Program-made: the position numbers and the translations under genes
The notes under the pieces: model-generated
Told to the model about the DNA's origin: nothing
Seen by the model: the letters and a program-made list of their open reading frames with translations, nothing else
The model's database searches: none
In this document: in pieces, positions 19,182-28,109 of the stretch
Layout: each line of letters begins with the position of its first letter
How positions within the stretch are numbered: the stretch's first letter is position 1
From: Nitrosospira multiformis ATCC 25196
GTDB lineage: Bacteria > Pseudomonadota > Gammaproteobacteria > Burkholderiales > Nitrosomonadaceae
Length of the DNA stretch: 32,000 bases
NCBI RefSeq assembly: GCF_000196355.1
Contig: NC_007614.1
Span: 2,400,001 to 2,432,000, forward strand
Direction of reading: 5' to 3'

Positions 19182-19319
19182 GGCAAAGCGGAATAAATAC
19201 CGAACATAATGTCAGTACAATGACAACTGCCGTACGGAAACTTCGGCAGGAAAATCATTGTCTATTGTTGAGCAACACTCCAGTTCGTTTAACTTTATCA
19301 CTAATCGCACGGAGGAGTC

Positions 19320-19760
19320 ATGAGCATCACGTGGATTCTGGTTGCAAATGCAAGCGCAGCATATCTTTACGCAAACTACGGACCGAGAAAAGGATTACAG
19401 AAGCTCAGGGAATTCCGGCATGACGCCAGCAGGGGAAAACGGGTGGACCTGGTTACCGATCGCCCGGGACATAACAGAAGTAACGGGAATGGCCGTGGCT
19501 CCTACATACCTGCCACCGATCCAAAACAGCATGAGGCATGGACTTTCGCCTCGCAGCTAGCCCGGGAACTGGAGAACGGGCGCAAAACCAACAGCTATCA
19601 ACGCCTGATCCTGGTTGTATCGGCCCCCTTCATCGGTCTCATCAACAGCAATCTGGGAAGCCAGGTGCGCAACCTCGTAAGCGATACTTTTGAAAAGGAT
19701 TACACCAGGGCCAATGAAAGAAACCTGGTAAAGCAACTGGAGAGCTGCATTTATCTTTGA
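19320..19760 (+). CDS. Host attachment protein family (archaeal/bacterial eRF1-related, baeRF-like)
   Basis: MSITWILVANASAAYLYANYGPRKGLQKLREFRHDASRGKRVDLVTDRPGHNRSNGNGRGSYIPATDPKQHEAWTFASQLARELENGRKTNSYQRLILVVSAPFIGLINSNLG; DPKxHEA and the LILV(V/A)xPxFxGLL pattern. RBS CGGAGGA. Confidence 0.8.
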   Translation: MSITWILVANASAAYLYANYGPRKGLQKLREFRHDASRGKRVDLVTDRPGHNRSNGNGRGSYIPATDPKQHEAWTFASQLARELENGRKTNSYQRLILVVSAPFIGLINSNLGSQVRNLVSDTFEKDYTRANERNLVKQLESCIYL

Positions 19761-20338
19761 TGATTTAAAGAGTTGATCATCCTTTGATCACCTTTCAGGA
19801 ACCAGCGGCCAATCGGTGTATAAACCGGACCGTCGCTGGTCTGGTCCGATTTAACCAGTACCCATTCCCGCGCCCGCCACACCATTGGTTCCGCCCGCTC
19901 GGGCAGCGTTTTACAGGATGCATTCCTCATGAGCGTGATATGGGGCTTATAAGACCGCTCCTCCAATGAAAACCCTACCAATGAAAGGCTGCTCTGCAAA
20001 GCCTCGACCAGATCCATGAGTGGCCGGGGAACCTCGTTGATTTCCGCATAAACGATATTCTTGCGTTTCCACACGCAGATTCTTTCGATAACGAGGTCGA
20101 AGGCTCTCACGCCATGACCTTCAATTTCATCCGCCGCCCGGCACAGGGCCTCCACCTGGCTTGCATTCACCTCTCCTACAAACACCAATGTAAGATGAAT
20201 GTTCTCCGCTTTTGTTTTCCGTCCCTCGCAAACCGATGCCAATCGCCCGGTCAGCCGATCCAGCTGCATGCAGGTTTCCTTGTCGGGCCATATCGCAAAA
20301 AACAGGCGTACTGCTTTTTGCCGGGTCTCTTCAGCCAT
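19751..20338 (-). CDS. thpR: RNA 2',3'-cyclic phosphodiesterase (2H family)
   Basis: Two H-x-T motifs: AENIHLTLVFVGEV and YKPHITLMRN; VRLFFAIWPD N-terminal region. Confidence 0.92.
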   Translation of the reverse strand: MAEETRQKAVRLFFAIWPDKETCMQLDRLTGRLASVCEGRKTKAENIHLTLVFVGEVNASQVEALCRAADEIEGHGVRAFDLVIERICVWKRKNIVYAEINEVPRPLMDLVEALQSSLSLVGFSLEERSYKPHITLMRNASCKTLPERAEPMVWRAREWVLVKSDQTSDGPVYTPIGRWFLKGDQRMINSLNHQR

Positions 20339-20407
20339 CCGGGTTTCCGCTCATCCCCCAGTCATCTACCGTCCCTTCGCCGCTTGCTTTCCGCTCCGTT
20401 TCCATCC

Positions 20408-20905
20408 TCAGTCTGTCGTTTGATTCATGTGGGTAATCAGGCATACCGCTTCCGCCTCTATTCCCTCACCCCGCCCCACCGGCCCAAGACGTTCGGCCGT
20501 CTTGGCCTTGACGTTGACATCTCCGGGCTGCATGCGCAGGTCCTGCGCAATATTTGCGACCATTGCGGGAATATGGGAGGCCATCCTGGGTGCCTGCGCA
20601 ATGATAGTGGCATCAACATTCACTACCCTATAGCCACGCTCCGCAAGGAGGTTACCTACATTCTGCAGTAGCACGCGGCTGTCGATATTCCTGTAACGCG
20701 GATCAGTGTCAGAAAAATGCCGGCCGATATCCCCCAGTGCCGCGGCTCCCAGCACCGCGTCGCATATGGCATGCAGCAGCACATCCGCATCGGAATGCCC
20801 CAGCAAACCTTTCTCGTAGGGAATAGTCACTCCGCCGATAACAAGCTTGCGCCCCTCGACCAACTGGTGCACATCAAAACCCTGCCCGATTCTGAATCCG
20901 CCCAC
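20408..20905 (-). CDS. ispF: 2-C-methyl-D-erythritol 2,4-cyclodiphosphate synthase
   Basis: [63 protein letters not shown]. The ORF extends to 21001; a GTG at about 20905 gives the canonical length. Confidence 0.94.
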   Translation of the reverse strand: MGGFRIGQGFDVHQLVEGRKLVIGGVTIPYEKGLLGHSDADVLLHAICDAVLGAAALGDIGRHFSDTDPRYRNIDSRVLLQNVGNLLAERGYRVVNVDATIIAQAPRMASHIPAMVANIAQDLRMQPGDVNVKAKTAERLGPVGRGEGIEAEAVCLITHMNQTTD

Positions 20906-21067
20906 TATCACCTCTTCTTGTTTAATTTCCGCGAAAAACATGAGAAAACAGTAGCCTCCAGTAATCGGTGCTTTGCGCGACTCTCGGGCTTTGCCCGACA
21001 TCTTTCACCTGACGCCTGGATCTACAACTGCTTTCAGCGGGCTAATAAGCCGCCCACCCTCATTACA

Positions 21068-21766
21068 CTACTTACAGTTTTTCAGTATCAACTCCGCCAA
21101 CGCGAGATCCTGAGGATAAGTAACTTTCAGGTTGCGCGCATCGCTCACAACCAGTTTCGGGCGCAGACCGAGTGCTTCGATAGCGCCTGCATCGTCCGTC
21201 ATGGTTACACCTCCAGCCCCGCTCAGGGCGTTCACCAGGGTTCGGTACCGGAACATCTGCGGTGTCTGGGCCTGCCAAAGACCTTCTCTCGGTTCTGTAC
21301 GTTCAGCCCGGCAAGTGGGATCGCTTCGCTTCAAGGTGTCCGCAACCGGAACCGCGAGCAATCCGCCCACTTCGTCCTCTTCCAGTTCATCCATCAGCTT
21401 ATCCAGAAGCTTCCCTCCCAAGCAGGGCCGTGCAGCATCATGGACCAGCACCCAGTCATCATCTTCGATCGCCGTCCCTTCCTGCGCTGCTTTTAAACCA
21501 TTCAGCACGGTCTCGGCGCGGGTAGCTCCGCCGCATTCAAGCATCGATAGCTTGCTGGAGAATTCTGACCAGTCATGCCGCGCCCACTCTACATCTCCCG
21601 GGGACAGCACAACAAAGACTCGGGAAAGCCGCGGCGAGTTGCATAACGTTGCCAGCGCATGATGAATCATGGGTTTTCCTGCGAGGGTCAAGTATTGCTT
21701 GGGCATCCGGTCGCCCATGCGCGAGCCTGAACCTGCCGCCGGAATGAGTGCGAAGAAATTTTGCAT
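21068..21766 (-). CDS. ispD: 2-C-methyl-D-erythritol 4-phosphate cytidylyltransferase
   Basis: [41 protein letters not shown]...[11 protein letters not shown]...[11 protein letters not shown]...[11 protein letters not shown]. Confidence 0.96.
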   Translation of the reverse strand: MQNFFALIPAAGSGSRMGDRMPKQYLTLAGKPMIHHALATLCNSPRLSRVFVVLSPGDVEWARHDWSEFSSKLSMLECGGATRAETVLNGLKAAQEGTAIEDDDWVLVHDAARPCLGGKLLDKLMDELEEDEVGGLLAVPVADTLKRSDPTCRAERTEPREGLWQAQTPQMFRYRTLVNALSGAGGVTMTDDAGAIEALGLRPKLVVSDARNLKVTYPQDLALAELILKNCK

Positions 21767-21903
21767 GGATATTACAGGAAGTAGCTGAATTGGTGCGTCA
21801 AACGAGGACCGGCACGTGAATATGTGTTAGACCGCGAAAATGGGCAATGGAAATACGGTAAAAACACTGCGAGGAAACACCGGGCTGACCGGATGCCCTT
21901 AAC

Positions 21904-21919
21904 CTGTAAGATTTTACAG
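21904..21919. promoter_or_regulatory. Candidate LexA/SOS-box-like palindrome
   Basis: CTGTAAGATTTTACAG matches CTGT-N8-ACAG. It lies between divergent ispD and the AAA+ regulator. Confidence 0.4.
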
Positions 21920-22045
21920 CTACCGGCGTATTTAATCTTGTCCTTTAATAGTTATACCACGGGGCCATGCAGAAAGATGAGTTCCACAGGCTTTTTTGAA
22001 TCCCTTACGTAAGAATCGATCTTCCCGCTTCCAGGTGCAGAGAAC

Positions 22046-23020
22046 ATGATTGGACAATCCCCTGCCTTCGCAAAGGTTACCCAGTTCATTGAGAAAATTG
22101 CAGGCTGCGACGCACCTGTTCTTATCGAAGGTGAAACAGGCACAGGAAAAGAACTGGCCGCACGGGCAATCCACGACAGCGGCGCGAGGCGAAACGGGGC
22201 GTTTGTGCCGATAAATTGCCGCGCCATCCCGGATACCCTGATTGAAAACGAACTGTTCGGACACGAACGGGATTCCTGTATCGGAGGCTCGCCGGAACAC
22301 CCGAATCCGAGTGCCCCCGCGCAGTCCGGCACACTCTTCCTGGATGAAGCAGATGCGTTATCTCCCAAGGCGCAGGTTACTCTGCTGCGATTCTTCCAGG
22401 ATCAGGAATACCTTCCGCTGGGACGCCGCATAGCGCGCTCTGCAAACAGAAGAATAATTATTGCCAGTAACAGAAACTTAGGGCACTTGGCCGAGAAAGG
22501 CGAATTCCGCCTTGATCTTCTGTTTCGCCTTAAAATCATGTATCTCACCCTGCCGCCACTCCGTGAGCGCCAAGGCGACGCGGCTCTGTTAGCAGATTAC
22601 TTCCTGCGCGAATGCTCCGCGCGTTTTAACCGCGGCAACAAAACCTTACATCCGAACACTGTCGCATGGTTCGACAAATACAATTGGCCCGGAAATATAC
22701 GGGAACTGGAAAATCTGATCTATCGCGAGTATCTTCTCGCCGACGAAGATGTCATAAATATCGCATCGCTCGCGCCCACAGTGGCCGAACGGCGCTCCGG
22801 GTTTGACCGCCGCCTCCCCGAGCTGAACGGCTTGAGCTTCGCCGAGGCCAAAAACCGCGCCATAGCAGCTTTCGAACAATATTACCTTGCCGAGGCCATG
22901 GTCAGAGCGCAGGGTAACGTGACAAGAGCTGCGAGCCTTGTCGGAAAAGATCGACGCGCGTTCGGGAAATTGCTGAAAAAGCATAGTATGAGCAAGAACA
23001 AGCTCTTTCTGGAACACTGA
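22046..23020 (+). CDS. Sigma54-interacting-type AAA+ transcriptional regulator with Fis-type HTH, no receiver domain, atypical GAFTGA loop
   Basis: Walker A GETGTGKE, Walker B GTLFLDEADAL, FRLDLLFRLKIMYLTLPPLRER, W-PGNIRELEN, and C-terminal NVTRAASLVGKDRRAFGKLLKKHSM. The expected GAFTGA reads DSCIGG. Confidence 0.9.
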   Translation: MIGQSPAFAKVTQFIEKIAGCDAPVLIEGETGTGKELAARAIHDSGARRNGAFVPINCRAIPDTLIENELFGHERDSCIGGSPEHPNPSAPAQSGTLFLDEADALSPKAQVTLLRFFQDQEYLPLGRRIARSANRRIIIASNRNLGHLAEKGEFRLDLLFRLKIMYLTLPPLRERQGDAALLADYFLRECSARFNRGNKTLHPNTVAWFDKYNWPGNIRELENLIYREYLLADEDVINIASLAPTVAERRSGFDRRLPELNGLSFAEAKNRAIAAFEQYYLAEAMVRAQGNVTRAASLVGKDRRAFGKLLKKHSMSKNKLFLEH

Positions 23021-23357
23021 TTCTTCCCTCTTCAGGTTTCCTCTCCAAATTTTCGCGCCGGCACTCGATTCCCTGTCTGCCGTCGACGAGGCACGTATTC
23101 GACAGAACCTGCAGGGCGTTCGCGATATTGTCGCGGCGGGATCGAAAAGGCAGGAACATACGGGGGTCTCACAAACTGCCGGAGGATATTTGGTACGAGC
23201 GGTGTTCGGTTTATCCGATTGCCAAACGCTGTATTGATTGCCAGCCCGGGCACGAACACCGGAAGACTCGCCTAGAAGGACGCGTCCCCTGACAGGAAAG
23301 CGGCGCGAACAATAACCCGCCTGCAAAATGAAGAAACGGATAGGGAGTCCATTTCTC

Positions 23358-24113
23358 CTAAAAAGTGCAGGAAGTCAGTTCGAACTCCACGTCTTCTTCG
23401 TATAGCCGGGTTTTCTGTGTGGAACTGGAAACAACGAAGCGAATGGTCAGAGCAAATTTGTGCGCACTGATCTCGGGAACGCAGGCCATGCTTTCATCCA
23501 GCTTGAGGGATAGCAGGTGCGCCATCCTCCCCGCTCCCATCTGCTGGAACATGCCCTTGTTAGCGGTGTAGTTGTCGGTTTTTCCGCTGTCCCGCAGCAG
23601 ACGCAAAAGGATACGGAAACTTTTCTCGATTGGGAGCAGCGTCGCGATCCATTCATCGAGGTCGCTTCGCCGCACTTCGGGGTCGAGATGCAGCCAGTAG
23701 CGATATGAAGGCAGATCGAATTCGCATGCCCCTCCGGGTATGCCGACGCGCTGCTTGATGCCCATCAGCCACTCGTTGTCGCGCATGGGTTCTCCGATTT
23801 TTCCGGCAACGGTCCGCAAATCCTGGGAGGAGATCTGAATGTCATTCAGCATCTCGTCCAGTCCGCCTTCCGGGTTCTCCGGGCTTTTACGCAACAATTC
23901 CAGCGCCTGCTTCTGCCGATCCAATTCCTGCAGCAGTTCCGACTTCATGTCGGCGCGGCCTGTCACGTCGAGAATCTCGAACAGGGTGACAAGCGCAGCG
24001 TGGTGATCATAGGGCTCTTCCTGCGCAGAAAAGAACGCTACCTTGTCAAACAAGTCCTCAAGGCGCAGAAGCGTGCGGACGCGTTCGTTGAGAGGATGTT
24101 CGTAACGGATCAC
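23358..24113 (-). CDS. zapD: Cell division protein ZapD (DUF1342)
   Basis: (V)IRYEHPLNERVRTLLRLEDLFDKVAFFSAQEEPYDHHAALVTLFEILDVTGRADMKSELLQELDRQK; GTG start inferred. Confidence 0.93.
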   Translation of the reverse strand: MIRYEHPLNERVRTLLRLEDLFDKVAFFSAQEEPYDHHAALVTLFEILDVTGRADMKSELLQELDRQKQALELLRKSPENPEGGLDEMLNDIQISSQDLRTVAGKIGEPMRDNEWLMGIKQRVGIPGGACEFDLPSYRYWLHLDPEVRRSDLDEWIATLLPIEKSFRILLRLLRDSGKTDNYTANKGMFQQMGAGRMAHLLSLKLDESMACVPEISAHKFALTIRFVVSSSTQKTRLYEEDVEFELTSCTF

Positions 24114-24238
24114 GATAGAGGCCCACAGCAAAGAACGGCGACTGCGGATGGGCATTGTTTCAAATTCTTATTTTAGCAGCCAAATCCGCAGGCAACAAAT
24201 GTGAAGCTCCTGCAGGAAACCCGCCTGGTGCGTTGAAA

Positions 24239-24841
24239 TCAACTTCCCTGGGCCAGCGTCATATATTTCTTGTGCAATGCCCGTACCTGCCGCTCGAGGT
24301 TGGGAAGGTCGGCATTGTTGACAATCACGTCATCCGCCTGCCCCAACCGTTCGTCACGCGAAACCTGGGCAACCATGATGGCCCGCACTGCCTGTTCATT
24401 CATTCCACTGCGCGCAGTGGCGCGGCTAATCTGCGCCCCTTCGCTGCAATCCACCACCAGAACGCGCTGGACTATTCCCCGGTAGTGGCCGGTCTCAAGC
24501 AGCAGCGGAACCACGATTATCAGGTAAGGCCCCTGAGCAAGCCCTACTCTCCGCGACACTTCGTCCCGGATGAGCGGGTGAAGAATAGCCTCCAGTTTGC
24601 GACGCGCATCCGTATCGTTAAACACGAGGTTACGCATTTCCTTGCGGTTCAGGGCCCCCTCGGGCGTGATGTATTTCTCCCCGAAGGCGCGCCGGATGGC
24701 AGGCAGGCTGCGCCCTCCCGACTGGGTAAGTTCATGCGCAATCTCATCGGTATCGACCACGCCGGCGCCGAGCGCGGAAAAAATATTGGCGGCGCTGGTT
24801 TTACCGCTGCCGATGCCCCCAGTCAGGCCGATTACCAGCAT
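24239..24841 (-). CDS. coaE: Dephospho-CoA kinase
   Basis: MLVIGLTGGIGSGKTSAANIFSALGAGVVDTDEIAHELTQSGG...HPLIRDEVSRR...VVDCSEGAQISRATARSGM. Confidence 0.95.
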   Translation of the reverse strand: MLVIGLTGGIGSGKTSAANIFSALGAGVVDTDEIAHELTQSGGRSLPAIRRAFGEKYITPEGALNRKEMRNLVFNDTDARRKLEAILHPLIRDEVSRRVGLAQGPYLIIVVPLLLETGHYRGIVQRVLVVDCSEGAQISRATARSGMNEQAVRAIMVAQVSRDERLGQADDVIVNNADLPNLERQVRALHKKYMTLAQGS

Positions 24842-24845
24842 GGGG

Positions 24846-25754
24846 CTAAAATGACCCCAGGTAAGCTCTATTGATCTCGTTTCCCCAAAACAGAGCCACG
24901 ATTCCCCCACACACCAGATAAGGCCCGAACGGAATAGGGACATGACGCCCGTGCTTTGCTGCCAGCATCAGGCCAAGCCCTGCCATGCTTCCCACGAGGG
25001 ATGAAGACAGAATCACCAGGGGCAGCATTTGCCACCCCAGCCAGGCGCCAATGGCGGCCAGCAACTTGAAGTCCCCATAACCCATTCCCTCCCGGCCGGT
25101 CAGGAGTTTATAACCCCAATACACCGACCACAGGGCAAGATATCCCACTACGGCGCCAATCACGGCAGAATGGATATCCGCAAAACCACCGCTCAGGTTA
25201 ATCAATAACCCTCCCCATAACAGGGGGATGGTAATGTCATTGGGCAGCAACTGAGTATCCAGGTCGATGAAAGCAAGCGCAACCATGGCCCATACAAGCG
25301 CAAGCGCCGCAAAAGCGATAACCCCATAACCAAAATGCCACGCGACAAGGCCGCTCAGCGCTGCGGTTAACCCTTCCACAACGGGATAGCGCATGGAAAT
25401 CGCGGTGCGGCACTGCGAGCAGCGTCCCCTCAATGCGATGTAGCTGATGAGCGGAATATTTTCGAGCGCCGTAATCCTGTGCCCGCAATGGGGACAAGTG
25501 GAAGACGGCGTAATGAGATTGAAAGCCGGCTCCGCTGCAAGGGCTTCATGCGGTTCGTGTGCTGGCGCTATCCCGTTTGTTCCGGAAGACAGTTCTGCCT
25601 GCAGTTCGGCGCACTGTTGTCGCCATTCCCGCTCCAGCATTCTCGGCAGGCGGTAGATAACCACATTCAAAAAACTGCCGGCGACCAGACCAATGAGCGC
25701 GCAGAACGAGGCAAAGAACACCGGAGAGTATTGCAGCACGGAGATAAAAGACAT
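24846..25754 (-). CDS. pilD: Prepilin peptidase / leader peptidase (A24 family)
   Basis: GLVAGSFLNVVIYRLPRMLEREW, CPHCGH...CSQCRTAISMRYPVVE, ALAFIDLDTQLLPNDIT, REGMGYGDFKLLAAIGAWLG. Confidence 0.95.
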   Translation of the reverse strand: MSFISVLQYSPVFFASFCALIGLVAGSFLNVVIYRLPRMLEREWRQQCAELQAELSSGTNGIAPAHEPHEALAAEPAFNLITPSSTCPHCGHRITALENIPLISYIALRGRCSQCRTAISMRYPVVEGLTAALSGLVAWHFGYGVIAFAALALVWAMVALAFIDLDTQLLPNDITIPLLWGGLLINLSGGFADIHSAVIGAVVGYLALWSVYWGYKLLTGREGMGYGDFKLLAAIGAWLGWQMLPLVILSSSLVGSMAGLGLMLAAKHGRHVPIPFGPYLVCGGIVALFWGNEINRAYLGSF

Positions 25755-25774
25755 TTAAAAGACATCCCCGGGGA

Positions 25775-27073
25775 TCAGGATTCCGCATAGGAGTCTGGGA
25801 GTTTCTCCTCGATTGGCGCTAACGGAGGAAAGATCCGCACCACTTTTACCACACGGTCCTGGGTCTGGATGATTTCCATGGGATAACCTGCAATCTTCAC
25901 GCTGGTCCCGGCCTCAGGAATGTCCTGGAAGTATTCGAGAATGAGCCCATTCAATGTCTTGGGTCCGCCCAGAGGCAGATTCCAGCCAAGCTTGCGGTTG
26001 AGATCGCGCAACAGATTGCTGCCTTCCACGATTACACTCCCGTCTTCCTGCTTCAGGAAATTACCGGCCTGCGAAGGCGCATGAGTGGTGAATTCTCCGA
26101 TGATTTCTTCGACAATATCCTCCAGTGTCACCAGACCCATCCATTCTCCATACTCGTCCACGATCAGGCCGACGCGCTCGCGGTTTTCCTGGAATAATTG
26201 CAGTTGCGAAAACAGGGGTGTTCCGGAGGGAATGAAGTAAGGCTCGCGCATGATTTTCTCCAGCGTTACAGCCGTGATGTTCTCGCTTCTCATCTGGTTG
26301 AGCACCTTGCGCACATGAATTATTCCGGTAACGTTATCCATCGCACCACGGTATACCGGCAGGCGCGTGTGATAACAAGTCAGCAGTTGATCCCGGATGC
26401 TCTCATCGTCGTCTTCTAGGTCTATTGCCTCGATCTGGCCGCGCGGCACCATGACGTCGTCGACCGTGACATTCTCGAGATCGAACAGGTTGAGCAGCAT
26501 GCTCTGGTGTTTTTGCCGGATGAAGTGGCCTGCTTCCAGCACGAGTGTTTTGAGTTCCTCAAGGCTGATTTTCTGAGTCAGATCCTCGTTCTGCGGTTTC
26601 AGGCGCAGAAGGATAAGCAGCGCCTTCACAAACAGGTTGATGAACCATACCACAGGCGAGAAGACTTTCAGTAGTGGCGTCAACACATAGCTTGACGCCA
26701 GGGCGATACGCTCGGGATAGGCCGCGGCGACAACTTTCGGAGTGATTTCACTGAATACCAGGATAGCGAAGGTCACCCCTACCGTTCCAATAAAAAGAGC
26801 CGCATCGCTGTGCCCGAAGAAAATGGACACAATCACTGCAACCAGTGTGGCTGCGGCCGCATTCAGCAAGTTGTTGCCAAGGAGAATCACCCCTAGAAGA
26901 CGGTCGGTATTCAGCAGCAACTGACTGGTGAGGCGGGCGCCGCGATGGCCTTCTTTTGCAAGATGCTTCAACCGGTAACGGTTGATTGCCATCATGCTGG
27001 TTTCGGAAAGGGAAAAAAAAGCGGATAAAATCAACAGAACAGCCAGTGCTGCGAGCAGCACATACCACGGCAT
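25775..27073 (-). CDS. HlyC/CorC (CorB/YfjD-like) transporter, DUF21 + CBS + CorC_HlyC domains
   Basis: ILSAFFSLSETSMMAINRYRLKHLAKEGHRGARLTSQLLLNTDRLLGVILLGNNLLNAAAATLV...VMVPRGQIEAIDLEDD...GLIVDEYGEWMGLVTLEDIVEEIIGEF. Confidence 0.92.
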   Translation of the reverse strand: MPWYVLLAALAVLLILSAFFSLSETSMMAINRYRLKHLAKEGHRGARLTSQLLLNTDRLLGVILLGNNLLNAAAATLVAVIVSIFFGHSDAALFIGTVGVTFAILVFSEITPKVVAAAYPERIALASSYVLTPLLKVFSPVVWFINLFVKALLILLRLKPQNEDLTQKISLEELKTLVLEAGHFIRQKHQSMLLNLFDLENVTVDDVMVPRGQIEAIDLEDDDESIRDQLLTCYHTRLPVYRGAMDNVTGIIHVRKVLNQMRSENITAVTLEKIMREPYFIPSGTPLFSQLQLFQENRERVGLIVDEYGEWMGLVTLEDIVEEIIGEFTTHAPSQAGNFLKQEDGSVIVEGSNLLRDLNRKLGWNLPLGGPKTLNGLILEYFQDIPEAGTSVKIAGYPMEIIQTQDRVVKVVRIFPPLAPIEEKLPDSYAES

Positions 27074-27206
27074 GTCTTCCAAGAGAAGGCCTTTCTGCAA
27101 GTAGACAAAAATTCAGGGCGGAAAGAAGGCAGAATAACTGGAGATTCCATCCCCGGATTTCCTTGCACTTTTTCCACCCCAACTGTTTTCTGACACATAG
27201 ATACTG

Positions 27207-28034
27207 CTAGCGATGCAGGATCACTTCCAGTACAAACTTGCTGCCGAGATAAGCCAGCAGGAGGATGGTGAATCCGCTCAGCGTCCAGCGAATGGCGATG
27301 CGCCCGCGCCAGCCGTAAAACTGCCTGCCCGCCAGCAGTGCTGCGAACACGCACCATGAAATGATACCGAACAGGGTTTTATGCGTGAATTTGAGAGGTT
27401 GCCCGAAGACCTCTTCTGAAAAGACGATACCGCTGATGAGTGTGAGCGTGAGTAGTATGAACCCCACCCAGATGACGCGAAACAGCAGGTTTTCCATGGT
27501 CAGCAGCGGCGGCATATTGGTCAGTACCGAGGGCAAGGTCGGGTGATGCAACCGCCGCTCCACCACTGCCATGAGCAACGCATGCAGTGCGGCAATGGTC
27601 AACAGGCTGTAAGCCAGCATGGCAATCGAGATATGCGCCTTAAAAGCGGGAAATTCGGTATTGGCCAGGGGGCGCAGGGAGGGAAATGCCAGCGGCAGCA
27701 GTACGGCCACGGCTGCAACTGGCGCGACCAGTGTTTGCAGCCCCTCCAGCCGATAAAAAAATCCGGATAACCAGTAAATCATGGCCGTGAGCCATACAAT
27801 GGAAGAAACCGCGCTGCCCACGCCGAAATTCAATCCTACCCCTGCAAACACCGCTTCATACAGCGTATAGCCATGCAATACCAGGGGCGCGACAATGGCA
27901 TACCGTTCCCATCCCGCACCGGCAGCCTCGCCTCCTCCTGACCTCGCAGGAACATTCCACCGGGTGCGCCAGAAGTGCCAGCCGATCAGTGCATAGAGCA
28001 GGAAGGCAGCGAGATAGGCTAAAATATCGGACAT
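27207..28034 (-). CDS. Cytochrome c assembly family inner-membrane protein (YpjD/CcsA-like)
   Basis: Multi-TM protein with HGYTLYEAVFAGVGLNFGVGSAVSSIVWLTAMIYW and the position adjacent to ffh and corB seen in many proteobacteria. Confidence 0.85.
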   Translation of the reverse strand: MSDILAYLAAFLLYALIGWHFWRTRWNVPARSGGGEAAGAGWERYAIVAPLVLHGYTLYEAVFAGVGLNFGVGSAVSSIVWLTAMIYWLSGFFYRLEGLQTLVAPVAAVAVLLPLAFPSLRPLANTEFPAFKAHISIAMLAYSLLTIAALHALLMAVVERRLHHPTLPSVLTNMPPLLTMENLLFRVIWVGFILLTLTLISGIVFSEEVFGQPLKFTHKTLFGIISWCVFAALLAGRQFYGWRGRIAIRWTLSGFTILLLAYLGSKFVLEVILHR

Positions 28035-28055
28035 TGATATTGCAGATTAAATGAA

Positions 28056-28078
28056 ACTAAATGAAACCTTCATTTAGT
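28056..28078. promoter_or_regulatory. Perfect 10-bp inverted repeat in the divergent ypjD/ffh intergenic region
   Basis: ACTAAATGAA-ACC-TTCATTTAGT; partly overlapped by a tandem repeat AAATGAAACT AAATGAAACC (28049-28068). Confidence 0.45.
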
Positions 28079-28109
28079 CTACACCAATTTTTCCGGAGAG
28101 GCATTTTGC

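Noticed and set aside
20717-21496. 259-aa plus-strand ORF overlapping ispF/ispD antisense
   Set aside because: Both opposing genes are confidently identified, and the antisense product shows no recognisable motif.
21068-21766. Possible single-strand structure/antisense regulation suggested by many ORFs across ispD
   Set aside because: Multi-frame openness is explained by GC content, with no independent signal.
23021-23357. Short ORFs between the regulator and zapD considered as a small gene
   Set aside because: No RBS/start combination or conserved motif was found. It is probably a promoter region or degenerate spacer.
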